DNA of 63,541 nt from a virus. The translations under genes were made by a program, and so were the position numbers. This document shows positions 26,827 through 37,598 of the stretch, in pieces. The notes below the pieces were generated by a model. It was not told the DNA's origin. It saw only the letters and a program-made list of their open reading frames with translations, and made no database searches. The stretch covers positions 1 through 63,541 of IMG/VR virus record IMGVR_UViG_3300045391_003833. One strand, given 5' to 3'. How positions within the stretch are numbered: the stretch's first letter is position 1; each line of letters opens with the position of its first letter.

Positions 26827-28349
26827 TGTCAGGAAAGCTTTTTCCGCTTAACCCTAAGCCTGGTATACAACGAGACGGGACTAAATTCTCTACTGACAAG
26901 TGGACGGATGGGCAGTGGATGCGGTTTTACCGTGGTAAACCTAGAACCATGGAAGGATACAGACAGTTAATTACTGTTCCTAATGTGCCACGTGGAACAA
27001 TCATTGTTCCGAATTCCCCTAATTTTAATGTGTATATAGCAGATTCTGGTAGTTTGAAATATTTCCCAATGGATAACTCTGGAAACGTTTTGGGCGCGTT
27101 GGTAGGTAGAACGCCTACGTTGTTTCCTAACAATGCAAACAATGACTGGTCTTTTGATATAATGTTTGACACCAACAGTAGTTCGAGTACGTTGTTAGCT
27201 TATGCTGGTCAAAATTTATCGTCGATTGATAATCCGGTTGAAAGTCCTATTTACTATGGAGATGCCCTTGCGTCCACCGCATTGGTTTCTACCGGTCTTA
27301 ATACAGCTGGTAACATTGTTGTTCTTCATCCTTATTTGTTTATCCTTAACAATGACGGGGAAGTCAGCTGGACTAGGGCAAACGATCCTACTACCATATT
27401 AAACACCGCCAGAATAACCGCTTCTAAGCTCATATACGGCGCAAGAACCCGAGGGGGTAATACCAGCCCCGCAGGCCTTTTTTGGAGCCTAGATAGCCTT
27501 ATTAGGGCTACTAATGTAGGTCCAACCCCTGATTTGTTTAACTTTGACACGATCGCAGACGACATAAGCATTCTCTCCAATAAAAGCGTCGTTGAATACA
27601 ATGGCAAGTATTTTTGGGCAGGATTGGATACGTTCTATGTCTATAATGGCGTGGTGAACGAGCTTCCCAATGATACGAATTTGGCCTTTTTCTTTCAGAA
27701 TTTGAATTACGACCAAAGACAAAAAGTATGGGCCACCAAGGTCGCAGAATGGGGTGAAATATGGTGGTTTTTCCCAAAAGGAGCAACTGCAACAGAATGT
27801 AATCACGCAGTCATATACAACGTTCGGGAAAATACCTGGTATGACACGCCGATTAACAGGAGTTGTGGGGACTTTGATCAAAAATTCCAGTATCCAATTT
27901 GGGCAGACAATGTGGCGTCAGGGGGGAACTACCCAATATGGCAACATGAGTATGGAAACAATCAAGATGTAAACGGAGTAGTTACAGCGATTGATAAATA
28001 CATTGAAACTCCTGAAATCTCTTTTTGCGCATTTCCTCCGAGCGCAGGCTTCGCTGGCCTTGACAAACAAGTCAAATTAGACCGTGTAGAGCCTGATTTC
28101 TTAGGAACTCCAGATGTAAATGGTGATCTGGAAACTGGAGATATTACACTGGTTGCCAATGGGCGTGATTATGCACAGTCTACGCCAGTTTCTTCAGATA
28201 CTTTCACTTTTGATAATTCCACTGGAAAGATAGACATACGATATCAAGCGAGATTAATGACATTGAAGTTTAGAAGCGTTGTGGTTAATGGTTTTTTTGA
28301 AATGGGTCAGATATTATTAAATTTGATAGTAGGAGATGGACGTCAATGA
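26826..28349 (+). CDS. Tail (nozzle/tubular-type) virion protein (507 aa)
   Basis: ORF track; size and position; PGIQRDGTKFSTDKWTDGQWMRFYRGKPRTMEGY N-terminal pattern. Confidence 0.4.
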   Translation: MSGKLFPLNPKPGIQRDGTKFSTDKWTDGQWMRFYRGKPRTMEGYRQLITVPNVPRGTIIVPNSPNFNVYIADSGSLKYFPMDNSGNVLGALVGRTPTLFPNNANNDWSFDIMFDTNSSSSTLLAYAGQNLSSIDNPVESPIYYGDALASTALVSTGLNTAGNIVVLHPYLFILNNDGEVSWTRANDPTTILNTARITASKLIYGARTRGGNTSPAGLFWSLDSLIRATNVGPTPDLFNFDTIADDISILSNKSVVEYNGKYFWAGLDTFYVYNGVVNELPNDTNLAFFFQNLNYDQRQKVWATKVAEWGEIWWFFPKGATATECNHAVIYNVRENTWYDTPINRSCGDFDQKFQYPIWADNVASGGNYPIWQHEYGNNQDVNGVVTAIDKYIETPEISFCAFPPSAGFAGLDKQVKLDRVEPDFLGTPDVNGDLETGDITLVANGRDYAQSTPVSSDTFTFDNSTGKIDIRYQARLMTLKFRSVVVNGFFEMGQILLNLIVGDGRQ

Positions 28350-28576
28350 TGATTCCTGAACTTACTACCTTGACGGATTGGGCTGCATCGTTAGTTGTAG
28401 ATTTCCCGTTAGACAACATTCCTTTTTTAGAAAATGAATCGGAGTGGGAAAAATGGGGCAATGCACTGATTGGTGAAAATAGCTTTGCAGAGAACGGAGC
28501 ACCAGGGACTGGTGGATACTCGAATTGGAAGCCATGGGCGGCAGATGTTTACAAAGTTATGCTTAATTCAGCATAG
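28346..28576 (+). CDS. hypothetical protein (76 aa)
   Basis: ORF track; ATGA coupling. Confidence 0.5.
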   Translation: MMIPELTTLTDWAASLVVDFPLDNIPFLENESEWEKWGNALIGENSFAENGAPGTGGYSNWKPWAADVYKVMLNSA

Positions 28577-28586
28577 GGAGTAGTTT

Positions 28587-29573
28587 ATGGGATTTTTCTC
28601 AGATATTGGGGATGCATTAGGTTCTGTTGTTAAGCCAATTACCGGTGCCTTAGGTTCTTTAGCCCCTAGTATTGGAGGTCTCCTAGGAGGCCGATTTGGT
28701 GGTCCGATGGGAGCCGCTCTTGGTTCTCAGTTAGGAGGTGTTGCCAGTAATTTACTGGGCGGTGGTGGAGCGGGCGGAATGACATCTGCTACACAACAAC
28801 CTCAGAGTTATTTAGAAGGATTTGTTCCTGGTTTTCAAAGTGGTGGCGTATCTCCTCAGAATAATAGTCTTGCACCTACACCTTCACCTAACGTATATGG
28901 TGGAGGAAATGCTTATAACAACTTTGGAAATGCTGGTTACAATCTTGGACAGCAAGCGGGTAACTTTTTTCAAAATCAAGTAATGCCTTATGTTCCTCAG
29001 CAATTCCAAAACGCTGAGTTTAGAAAAATGCCTGGAATGCTTGGACAACAAGCGGGTAATTTCATGAACAATATGGCCCAGCAATATCTGCCGCAAAACA
29101 TGCAATCCATGACCATGAGTCAATTGCCAGGATATTTTGGAAATCGTTTAGGCAGTATGGCTGCATCTTATCTTCCACAGTCTATGCAAGGATTTGGATC
29201 ACAATTATCTCAATGGGGTCAATCACTGGGAGATTCTCTTGGTCAGCGCATGAATAACTATATTCCTCAGCAATTCCAGAATACGCAACTGGGAAGAATG
29301 GGAACACAGTTAGGCGCAGCGGGTGGGAATTATCTTAAAAATGCAGTAATGCCGCATATGCCTGTTGGTATGCAAAACAGCAGTATTAGTTCTATGGGAC
29401 AAGATTTTGGAAACATGGGGCAAAACCTTGGACAACAAGCTGCGCAAAGCATGGGAGCGCAACCTGAGCCTGAAAGGGAAGGGTTAGCCGGAATGGGCTT
29501 TGCAGCAGGTGGTCATGTTGGAAGAGGCGTTAGGGATTACTTGCAAGTCATGAACGACTTCGCTTACGCATAG
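28587..29573 (+). CDS. Gly/Gln/Met/Asn-rich low-complexity internal virion protein (328 aa)
   Basis: Repeats Y(L/V/I)PQ(Q/N/S)(F/M)Q and GQQAGNF; C-terminal FAAGGHV motif. Confidence 0.55.
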   Translation: MGFFSDIGDALGSVVKPITGALGSLAPSIGGLLGGRFGGPMGAALGSQLGGVASNLLGGGGAGGMTSATQQPQSYLEGFVPGFQSGGVSPQNNSLAPTPSPNVYGGGNAYNNFGNAGYNLGQQAGNFFQNQVMPYVPQQFQNAEFRKMPGMLGQQAGNFMNNMAQQYLPQNMQSMTMSQLPGYFGNRLGSMAASYLPQSMQGFGSQLSQWGQSLGDSLGQRMNNYIPQQFQNTQLGRMGTQLGAAGGNYLKNAVMPHMPVGMQNSSISSMGQDFGNMGQNLGQQAAQSMGAQPEPEREGLAGMGFAAGGHVGRGVRDYLQVMNDFAYA

Positions 29574-29583
29574 GAGCCAGCTT

Positions 29584-30906
29584 GTGAAAAACGATATGGG
29601 GTTAAGAATTTACGCAGAGAAAGTGCGTAAGGCCGGTCAACGCGGAGATAAAGTCTTAGCGCATATAAACGTGCACGAAGCAAATGAGCTTGCAAGGAAG
29701 TATGGGTTTGACATTAATCCTCATACTGGGCTGCCTCAGTTTGGAAAATTCAAACTTAAAAAACTTATTAAAAATGTCGCAAGGATTGCTGCCCCAGTTA
29801 TTGGTCACATGATAGCTGGTCCAGTAGGAGCAGGTATCGGTGGTGGTCTCGCTCGAGGAGCAACAAGCGGAGGGAATTTTTTTAAAAACTTTGGACGTGG
29901 CGCACTTCCTGCTGCGGGTATTTCTGCATTAGCTTCTACTGCTGGTGGGGCTATGGGATCTCCTTTTCTGTCAGGAGGGCAAGGTCTTTTTGGAATGCAA
30001 GGGCCTCAATCAGGATTTTTAGGAAAAGCATTTGGAACAGGTCCAGGATCTCTTACTGGAGGACTGAATCAATTCGGTTCTGGAATGGTTGGTGGTGGCA
30101 ATTCAGCAAGAATGGCCGCTATAAATTCTCTCCGAGGCGTTGGACAAGGAGGAGGACCAACGGGATATGGCGGAGGAGATAAAGGCGGTGAAGGCGGTGG
30201 CGGATTATTGTCTAGTCTTGGTGGTGGATTAAACACTGCATTATTGGGAGCTGGCCTTGCTGGTACCCTGATGCGTAGGGAAAAAGTGACTCCACAACAG
30301 ATTTCGGATGAAAGGGCAGAGCTTGAACGTTTGAGAAACATGCCAACAGGCGATATAACAGCCAGTTATAGTCGATGGGGTCATGAATATCAGCCAAAAA
30401 AAGGGAAGTCCCATAAGCGAAAATATATCCATCCCGTTCAAACAGAAGGTGAGCCTATCTTCTTCGATGAAGTAAATCCGGAAATAGAATACATGGCAGC
30501 AGGTGGATATGTTCAAGGTAATTCTGGAGGAGCACAGGATAATCGTAACACAAGAATTCCAGAAGGTTCTTACGTGATGAATTCCACAGATTTAAGCCTG
30601 TTAGGAGACGGCAACAGTAACAAAGGGGCTGATGAAGTAGCGGAATTGGAAAGACGTTTCTTACAAAGTGGATTAACCCGAAATCATGGTCTTTATAGAG
30701 ACATGGAAAGACCAAGATATATTGATGTTCATTTGAGTGACGGGGAGTATGTTCTAGATCCTCGTGTTGTCACTGCTATTGGAAAAGGAAACAATGAACG
30801 TGGAGCTAAGATTCTGGACAAAGGTAGACGTAAGTTGCGTCAAGACAAGGGAATGAAACACATCCTACCACCCAAATCTAAACCAATTGCGAGTTATTTG
30901 AGGTAA
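29584..30906 (+). CDS. Gly-rich internal virion protein (440 aa)
   Basis: Long Gly-rich central tract; MAAGGYV motif; position in the run of ejection-type proteins. Confidence 0.5.
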   Translation: MKNDMGLRIYAEKVRKAGQRGDKVLAHINVHEANELARKYGFDINPHTGLPQFGKFKLKKLIKNVARIAAPVIGHMIAGPVGAGIGGGLARGATSGGNFFKNFGRGALPAAGISALASTAGGAMGSPFLSGGQGLFGMQGPQSGFLGKAFGTGPGSLTGGLNQFGSGMVGGGNSARMAAINSLRGVGQGGGPTGYGGGDKGGEGGGGLLSSLGGGLNTALLGAGLAGTLMRREKVTPQQISDERAELERLRNMPTGDITASYSRWGHEYQPKKGKSHKRKYIHPVQTEGEPIFFDEVNPEIEYMAAGGYVQGNSGGAQDNRNTRIPEGSYVMNSTDLSLLGDGNSNKGADEVAELERRFLQSGLTRNHGLYRDMERPRYIDVHLSDGEYVLDPRVVTAIGKGNNERGAKILDKGRRKLRQDKGMKHILPPKSKPIASYLR

Positions 30907-30913
30907 TAGAACT

Positions 30914-31816
30914 ATGGCATTTAGTGTAAATTATCAAGCTGCAACTGCACCTCCTTGGCAAGACACGGGGATGCAAAATCTTATTAGAGATGCGGATGTT
31001 CTTGGAGCAGCTCCGTATATCCCGTATCGTGAATCAAGACTTGCACAATTCTCACCGGATACTTTAGAAGCACAAAGACTTGCAAGAGCTGGATTAGGCG
31101 AGTATTTGCCTTATTTGCAGAGAGCCGAAAGTTATCTTCCAAGAGCAGGTGCGCCCGCGTATGAAAACATACGTAGGTACATGAATCCTTATGAACAAGA
31201 AGTAATTGATCGCGCAGGACAGGACGCTACGAAAACCTTTAGAGAAGGCATCCTGCCTCAGCTTGAACAGCAATTTGTAAGCCGAGGTCAATTAGGCTCT
31301 AAACGTCACAGAGAGCTTGCTTTGCAAGCTGCTGCTGATCTTCAAAATAACCTAGCAGGCCAAAGAGCTTCTATGCGTTCCAAGCATTACCAAGAAGCTG
31401 CAAACATGCAGCATGCGGACCAAATACGTGCAATGGAAACAGCCCGTCAACTAGCAAGTTTAGCAAATCAAAGGCAAGCTGGACGAGCAGTCGATACGAG
31501 TATTCTGTCTGGAATTGGGGGAGATACTGAGGCACGAAGGCAACAAGAGCTAAACATGAGATATGAAGCTTTTATGCGTCAACTTGAATACCCATGGGAT
31601 ATGGTACAAAGACGTGCAAACATACTTCACGGAATGCCTATGCAAACCATGACATCCACACTTAATATGGAACCATTACAACGTCAAACTAATACCGCCG
31701 GCCTTTTAGGAAGTATGGCATTACAAGCATTGGGTGCCCGGATGGCCATGGGAAACAGAGGTGGAAATCCCCTTGGACTTAAACGCGGGGGCGCAATTCC
31801 AATGAGGGCCAGATAA
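30914..31816 (+). CDS. internal virion protein (300 aa)
   Basis: ORF track; Gln/Arg-rich helical; C-terminal KRGGAIPMRAR. Confidence 0.5.
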   Translation: MAFSVNYQAATAPPWQDTGMQNLIRDADVLGAAPYIPYRESRLAQFSPDTLEAQRLARAGLGEYLPYLQRAESYLPRAGAPAYENIRRYMNPYEQEVIDRAGQDATKTFREGILPQLEQQFVSRGQLGSKRHRELALQAAADLQNNLAGQRASMRSKHYQEAANMQHADQIRAMETARQLASLANQRQAGRAVDTSILSGIGGDTEARRQQELNMRYEAFMRQLEYPWDMVQRRANILHGMPMQTMTSTLNMEPLQRQTNTAGLLGSMALQALGARMAMGNRGGNPLGLKRGGAIPMRAR

Positions 31817-32952
31817 TGGATACTTTGCAAAACTATCTCAATAATCCTCAAGTACAGGCTAGAATGTATCAACAACAGCCTCAACAACAAGCTTACAATC
31901 CTATTACTGCTGGCAGTCTAGCGGGAATGGAATCTGCGCGCCGATCATTAGACATGGATGCGCAGGAAAGACAACGCGCTATGGGATTGGCTATTGCACG
32001 ATTTGGTGCAGGCTTAAGTCAACCGGGACATGGACCAGGATTTGCAGGTGCTTTGTCTGCGGTTAACTCTAATATCTATCCAGCAATGCAATCTTACATT
32101 GGCGAAGAAGATAAGGTGGCTGGTTTGAAAGCACATTTGTTAAGACAGCAAATGGAACTGGAAAGACATAAACGTCAAGAAGACTACAAAAGAGAAAGAG
32201 ACAAAGTTGAAGATCGTTTTATGCAAGAAAAAATCGGTATTTTGAAAGACAAAACCTATCGACAAGAAAAGCTTGAAGAAAGACGACAGGGTTTAGTTGA
32301 AAAAGGTGAAATGCCAGAAGACGGTATGTTCTATGCTGAGCAAACACCCGCACAGATTCAGCAAAACACTAAAGATATGATGGAGAGAAGAAAAGAAGTT
32401 ATCTTCGCCAAAGATGCAGTTAAAACAATTAATCGCATGGAAGATATAATGGGCGCTCCTGAAAATAAGCACCTTTGGAACAGCTATGCTTTAGTATTAG
32501 ATGCGGCTGATCAGAAAAACAAGAGCTTACTTAATCAGACTTTAAGAGGGATGAACAAGAAGGATACTGACACGCTAACCAAGCTTTACAAATACCAAAC
32601 ACGCCTTGGTTTGCAAGAGCTTAAAGGTATGGGTGGCCGTCCATCTGACATTACCAAGAAAGCAGTATTTGCTGCTACACCTAGTGGTGAAATGAGTCCT
32701 GAAGCAGGGCTGCCTATCTTGAAGGATATGAAAAATCATTTCAGAGAAACGGTAGACTTGGAAGAAAAGAAGATGAAGAATGCTGCTAAATATCGATTCT
32801 ACTATCCAAGACCTTTAGGAGCAGAAGGAATTGAGGAAGGAAAGACTCGAGAACCTGTTGCACAAGCTGGTGAAGTAAATGCAGGAAATGACATTGACAG
32901 CAGATTGCAAGAAATAGAACAAGAAATAATGTCGCTCCAAGGCGGTGGTTAA
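31816..32952 (+). CDS. internal virion protein (378 aa)
   Basis: ORF track; TAATG coupling; charged helical. Confidence 0.5.
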   Translation: MDTLQNYLNNPQVQARMYQQQPQQQAYNPITAGSLAGMESARRSLDMDAQERQRAMGLAIARFGAGLSQPGHGPGFAGALSAVNSNIYPAMQSYIGEEDKVAGLKAHLLRQQMELERHKRQEDYKRERDKVEDRFMQEKIGILKDKTYRQEKLEERRQGLVEKGEMPEDGMFYAEQTPAQIQQNTKDMMERRKEVIFAKDAVKTINRMEDIMGAPENKHLWNSYALVLDAADQKNKSLLNQTLRGMNKKDTDTLTKLYKYQTRLGLQELKGMGGRPSDITKKAVFAATPSGEMSPEAGLPILKDMKNHFRETVDLEEKKMKNAAKYRFYYPRPLGAEGIEEGKTREPVAQAGEVNAGNDIDSRLQEIEQEIMSLQGGG

Positions 32953-35195
32953 TGGCCGTATCTCGACTAGAAGCGTTAATGGCTGAAAGAGATAGATTGC
33001 TGGCTGAGAAAGCTGCGCAAACAGCTGCGCCAGTGGAAAATTCAGTACAAAATCCACGATTACAGGCATTAATATCTGAAAGAGATAATCTGTTAGCAGA
33101 AAAAGCCAGACGTCAACAAGCTTCGAATAACGAACCCTGGACTGTTGGACAAAGAGCATTGCAAGCCGGACATGGTGCTGCAAGTACTTATGAATCAACA
33201 GCTGATTTGGTTCCAAAAGGAATGGCAGGCATTCTGTCTGCAATTGATGCTGGTGTTAATACGCTTACTAAAAATGTCAATCCTGAATCAGAAGAGGGAA
33301 GAAGGTTAGCGCAGTCAAGGAATGAAAACCAAAAAGCAATTACTACTCTTAAGAAGCCTTTTGCCAAAGGATTAGTAACAGATAGATTAAGCAATTTAGC
33401 TGGAAGAGAACTTGCTCCTACAGAAGATGACAGGTTTGGAAAGCTCATTCATACTGCTGGTGAATTTGCAGCACCGCTACCTGGTGGTGGTTTGATTAAC
33501 GCTGGTAAAGCTGGCGCAAAGACGTTAGCAAAGCATGTAGGAAAAGATTTAGCTACTGCTGGAGGAGCTTCTGCTGCGCTTAATCTAACTCCATCCATGA
33601 CGGAAGAAGGAACGATAGGTAGAGCTGCTGAAGATATTGGAAAGATAGTGCTGGGTGGTAAGCTAGGCCGAGGCGTAACAAGTGGTGTTAAAGATTTGCC
33701 TGCTAAAGCAATGGCGTTTAGGGCCAATCCTAATGAGAAAGTATTCCAGTTGGCTGAGAAGCATGGTGTTGAATTGCCTTTCAATGTGGGAATGGGTAGC
33801 ACACCATCCAACTTTATGGCTAATAACTATCTTAAATCTATGTTCTCTAGTGATAAGTACAAAAAGGTATTTACCAATGCGACTGGGAAAATGCTTGATA
33901 AGGTGAAAAAAACTATTAATAGCCTTGGTTCTTCTGAGTTAAAACCCTCTGAGGCTTCTGGAGAATTTAGGCAGGCTATGAAAGAGGAAGAAAGGGCGTT
34001 GTCGGGTCAAGCTAGGCAAAAATATGAAGAAGCTAATAAGTTGCTTAGTGAGAAGGACGTTGTTATTCCTGAGAAAACAATTAAGTCTTTAACAGGAGCG
34101 CATGAAATATTAAATAGAGACATAACTTCGCCAGCTACTAAAAAGGTTGCAAAGGTTCTGGGTGATTTAATGGAAGCATGGGGTCTTTCTCCAAAGTTGC
34201 CTAAGACTAGTAGTGGAGATTTTGATACTAAGAAGTTGGCTGCAATGCTTAAGAAAACCACTAAATCTAAGCCTATAGAAGTGTCAAGATTAGATGCGGT
34301 TAGAAAAGAATTAAACCAGATGATTGAGTTTGATCCGGAAGTAAGAGGTGTGCAAGCATTTCTCTCTAGGTTGGTAAAAGATCTTGAGCATGATATTGGC
34401 ACTTCTTCAAATCAAGCGTATGTTACTGCGCGAAAAGATGCAAACAAATTCTTTAAAGAAAATATCGCAGAAAGATTTAGAACCAGTATGGCTGAGTCTG
34501 TTTTAAGAAATGAAGCTCCTACAGAAGCGTTTAACTTAATGACAAATGCTCAAAGGGTACGAGATCTTCAAAAGATCGCCGGAAGTTCTCCTCAATCTCA
34601 AGAAGTGTTTAATTCTCTTAAAAAAGCCAAATTGAGACAGATATTTGAAGGTGCTGTAGAAGATGAGGCAATTAGGTCAGCTCCATTCGCCAAACTATTT
34701 AGCAAGAAGGAAGGAAGGCAAGAGCTTATTGAAGAGCTGTTAGGAAACAAAAAAGCCTACGATGAACTTTCAGAAATAGCGCAGATTGCAGAATCTTTTT
34801 CAGAATCTGGACGAGAACTTTTAAATACATCTGGAACAGCTTTAGCTCACTCAGATATTACACGAGCTGAACAGTTAGTAAAAACCACGTTAGGCACTTT
34901 CTTTGGTGCAGGCGCTGGATTTAGTGCGGCTGGATTACCTGGAGCAGCCGTTGGTGCGGGTATGCCATATATATTGTCTCAAGTGGTATCAAATCCTAAA
35001 TGGGTTCGTCAAGCTAGACAATATGCTCTCGCCAGACAAAAAGGCAATGAGAAGTATGCAAAAACTCTTTTAAAAGGACTTGTCAAGACAACAATGCCAA
35101 CGATTAGAGACGCTGAAAACGTGGGTGTCTGGAGTATTACGCGAAACGAAAAGGGAATACCTGTGGTAACCCAAAATCCAAAAGGAGGGAAGTAA
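32952..35195 (+). CDS. Large internal virion/ejection protein (747 aa)
   Basis: Size and position. N-terminal duplicated RLEALMAERDRLLAEKAAQ / RLQALISERDNLLAEKARRQ. No lysozyme motif seen. Confidence 0.5.
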   Translation: MAVSRLEALMAERDRLLAEKAAQTAAPVENSVQNPRLQALISERDNLLAEKARRQQASNNEPWTVGQRALQAGHGAASTYESTADLVPKGMAGILSAIDAGVNTLTKNVNPESEEGRRLAQSRNENQKAITTLKKPFAKGLVTDRLSNLAGRELAPTEDDRFGKLIHTAGEFAAPLPGGGLINAGKAGAKTLAKHVGKDLATAGGASAALNLTPSMTEEGTIGRAAEDIGKIVLGGKLGRGVTSGVKDLPAKAMAFRANPNEKVFQLAEKHGVELPFNVGMGSTPSNFMANNYLKSMFSSDKYKKVFTNATGKMLDKVKKTINSLGSSELKPSEASGEFRQAMKEEERALSGQARQKYEEANKLLSEKDVVIPEKTIKSLTGAHEILNRDITSPATKKVAKVLGDLMEAWGLSPKLPKTSSGDFDTKKLAAMLKKTTKSKPIEVSRLDAVRKELNQMIEFDPEVRGVQAFLSRLVKDLEHDIGTSSNQAYVTARKDANKFFKENIAERFRTSMAESVLRNEAPTEAFNLMTNAQRVRDLQKIAGSSPQSQEVFNSLKKAKLRQIFEGAVEDEAIRSAPFAKLFSKKEGRQELIEELLGNKKAYDELSEIAQIAESFSESGRELLNTSGTALAHSDITRAEQLVKTTLGTFFGAGAGFSAAGLPGAAVGAGMPYILSQVVSNPKWVRQARQYALARQKGNEKYAKTLLKGLVKTTMPTIRDAENVGVWSITRNEKGIPVVTQNPKGGK

Positions 35196-35197
35196 AT

Positions 35198-37582
35198 ATG
35201 GGACAGTATGATAATAGATTTGGTAACTACACAATAGGGGTTACGAATTTTTCGTATGTTTCTATTTCTCTGACAGACGATAATTCTCCGCTACAATTAT
35301 ACTGGCCTGATCAAGCAGTAGACTCTGCTGTAGCTCATCCTACTACGCTTGCCTCATGGATAGATATAACAGCAGATGATGATGGATTTTCAGTAAAGAT
35401 GCCAGATGCAAGACTTGCTTCTCCTGGTCAGATAATGGATTTTAATAACTATGGGGCCAATCATGATATTAATATCAACAAGCAAGACGGCACAATAATA
35501 AGCATTCTTCCGCGAACACAATTAGCACGATTGGTCTTGATTGACAACAGTACTGCAAACGGTAGCTGGAGAATTGCGCCTATCAACGGGCTTGCTACTG
35601 CTGTTACTCAGATTACTCAGATTTCTGATACTGGAAATATTGTAATCACTCCTACGGGAGGTCAAGCAGGAAATGTGACTTATCATTTTAACGTTGGGGC
35701 TGATTTAAACTCCACTACTGGGCTTACTCATTTTGCCGCTGCCACAGGCATAGCGGTTCGAACAGCTACCAATACTTGGGCACTCAGAACTATAACGGGG
35801 ACTAATAATCAAATCACCGTAAACTTGGGCAGCGGTGCAGCAGGTAATCCAACTATTGGTCTTGCAACGACCATTACGGGAATAAATGATCTTACAGTAG
35901 GAAATCTTAATCTTACTGCGAATACGATTTCTTCTATTGATGCAAACGGCAATATAATCTTTTCTCCACAAGGGACAGGTGTTTCTACATTTAGAACACA
36001 TGTAAAATTACTTCAAGGAGCACATCTTTATTTTAGAGATACTAATAACAACTGGGATACTATTCTCCAAGCCGGCATACAAAGTGCAAATATAACATAT
36101 ACGTTACCAACTTCTCCTCCTGCGGATGGTCAAGCATTGGTTAGCAGTGCCGCAGGCTTATGGTCATGGGCTAATGTTAGTACTTCTACTGGAGGAGGAA
36201 CCACTCAACATGCTATTGCCAGGTATTTTGACACTACAGGAAAATTAGAGAATTCATTAGTGTTACTAGATGATGCTGGAAACGTATCGAATATGACTTC
36301 TTTGATTGTTGGTTCTTTGCAGCTAGGTTTAGGAAGTGTTACCAATATCTCTACTGTTACAGGAAATCTAATACTCAGTCCAAATGGTGTGTCAGAGGTT
36401 TACAGTAATAGTAATTTGAATATCAGAAATGGAAGTCTCTTAAAGCTTTCTGAAGTCACCAATACTAATTTTGTTTCCTTTAAAGCGGGAGCCTCTACTG
36501 CCACTCAAAATTACACATTACCTTTATTACAAGGTACTAGCGGAGATGTGTTTGCTGTTACTGACGGAAGCGGTAATTTATCTCCCGCAACCATCCCTGG
36601 CAGAAATAGACTAGTCAATGGAGACTTTTCTGTCTGGCAAGCAGGAACTACTTTTACATCTACGGGCGTCGCTGTAACTCCAACTGCTGATTGTTGGGCT
36701 ACTAAGACAGCTGGAGGTTTATCTGTCACTGTTTCCAGAACAGCTGGCGCAAACTATGCAACATTCTTGGCTAAGGTGCAAAGAGTAGCGGCTAATACTG
36801 ACACGAATCCTGTGCTATTTAGTCAAACATTGCCTGCTAATTTCTGTGTAGGGATGTCAGGCAATAAAGCGGTTTACAGCTTCTGGTTAAAATTAGGAGC
36901 TAATTTCTCAGGCGTAGGCGGAAACATCACTGCTACGATATATTCTGGCAAAGACCCAGCAGACGTTGGATTCTTAACCAACGGAGGATTCACTTCACAA
37001 GTAACCGAAGGGACTGTTACTTTTGCTCCTACTACCACGTTGACTAAGTACACTTTAACTACTAACTCTACCGTTCAAACAGGAGCTACTCAGCTTGCTG
37101 TATTGTTTACCTACACTCCATCTGGAACAGCAGGAGCTGACGACAGTTTCTATGTAACAGATTGTCAGCTAGAACAAGGCGTAGCAGCTACCGCTTTTGA
37201 ACGATTGCCATTTAGTGAGCAAATATCCAATTGTGAATATTTTTACACCAAATCGTTCAAATACGATACTGCGCCTGCTCAAAATATAGGAAAAAACAAA
37301 GCGGAGTTCATTTATATAGCCTATGCGGCAGGAGCTGTGGCGTTGAGCTCTTCTGCTATATTTTTCAAGGAAAGTATGCGAATAACTCCAACAATTACGT
37401 TATACAATCCTGAGGCGGCTAATGGAGCAATTCGGGATGAATCAGCCGCACAAGATCTGACCGGTTCTAGTACTTACAATGCGAGCGAAAATAGCTTTTT
37501 CGTAAATGGCACAGGTCATGCAACGACAACTGTTGGCGGCGTATTAGGCGTACATTACACAGCAGACGCAAGATTAAGTTAA
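35198..37582 (+). CDS. Tail fibre / receptor-binding protein (794 aa)
   Basis: Fibre-type repeats (LTVGNLNLTANTISS); Thr/Gly/Asn/Ala-rich; last large gene of the late operon. Confidence 0.6.
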   Translation: MGQYDNRFGNYTIGVTNFSYVSISLTDDNSPLQLYWPDQAVDSAVAHPTTLASWIDITADDDGFSVKMPDARLASPGQIMDFNNYGANHDININKQDGTIISILPRTQLARLVLIDNSTANGSWRIAPINGLATAVTQITQISDTGNIVITPTGGQAGNVTYHFNVGADLNSTTGLTHFAAATGIAVRTATNTWALRTITGTNNQITVNLGSGAAGNPTIGLATTITGINDLTVGNLNLTANTISSIDANGNIIFSPQGTGVSTFRTHVKLLQGAHLYFRDTNNNWDTILQAGIQSANITYTLPTSPPADGQALVSSAAGLWSWANVSTSTGGGTTQHAIARYFDTTGKLENSLVLLDDAGNVSNMTSLIVGSLQLGLGSVTNISTVTGNLILSPNGVSEVYSNSNLNIRNGSLLKLSEVTNTNFVSFKAGASTATQNYTLPLLQGTSGDVFAVTDGSGNLSPATIPGRNRLVNGDFSVWQAGTTFTSTGVAVTPTADCWATKTAGGLSVTVSRTAGANYATFLAKVQRVAANTDTNPVLFSQTLPANFCVGMSGNKAVYSFWLKLGANFSGVGGNITATIYSGKDPADVGFLTNGGFTSQVTEGTVTFAPTTTLTKYTLTTNSTVQTGATQLAVLFTYTPSGTAGADDSFYVTDCQLEQGVAATAFERLPFSEQISNCEYFYTKSFKYDTAPAQNIGKNKAEFIYIAYAAGAVALSSSAIFFKESMRITPTITLYNPEAANGAIRDESAAQDLTGSSTYNASENSFFVNGTGHATTTVGGVLGVHYTADARLS

Positions 37583-37598
37583 ACAAAGGAGACAAGGA

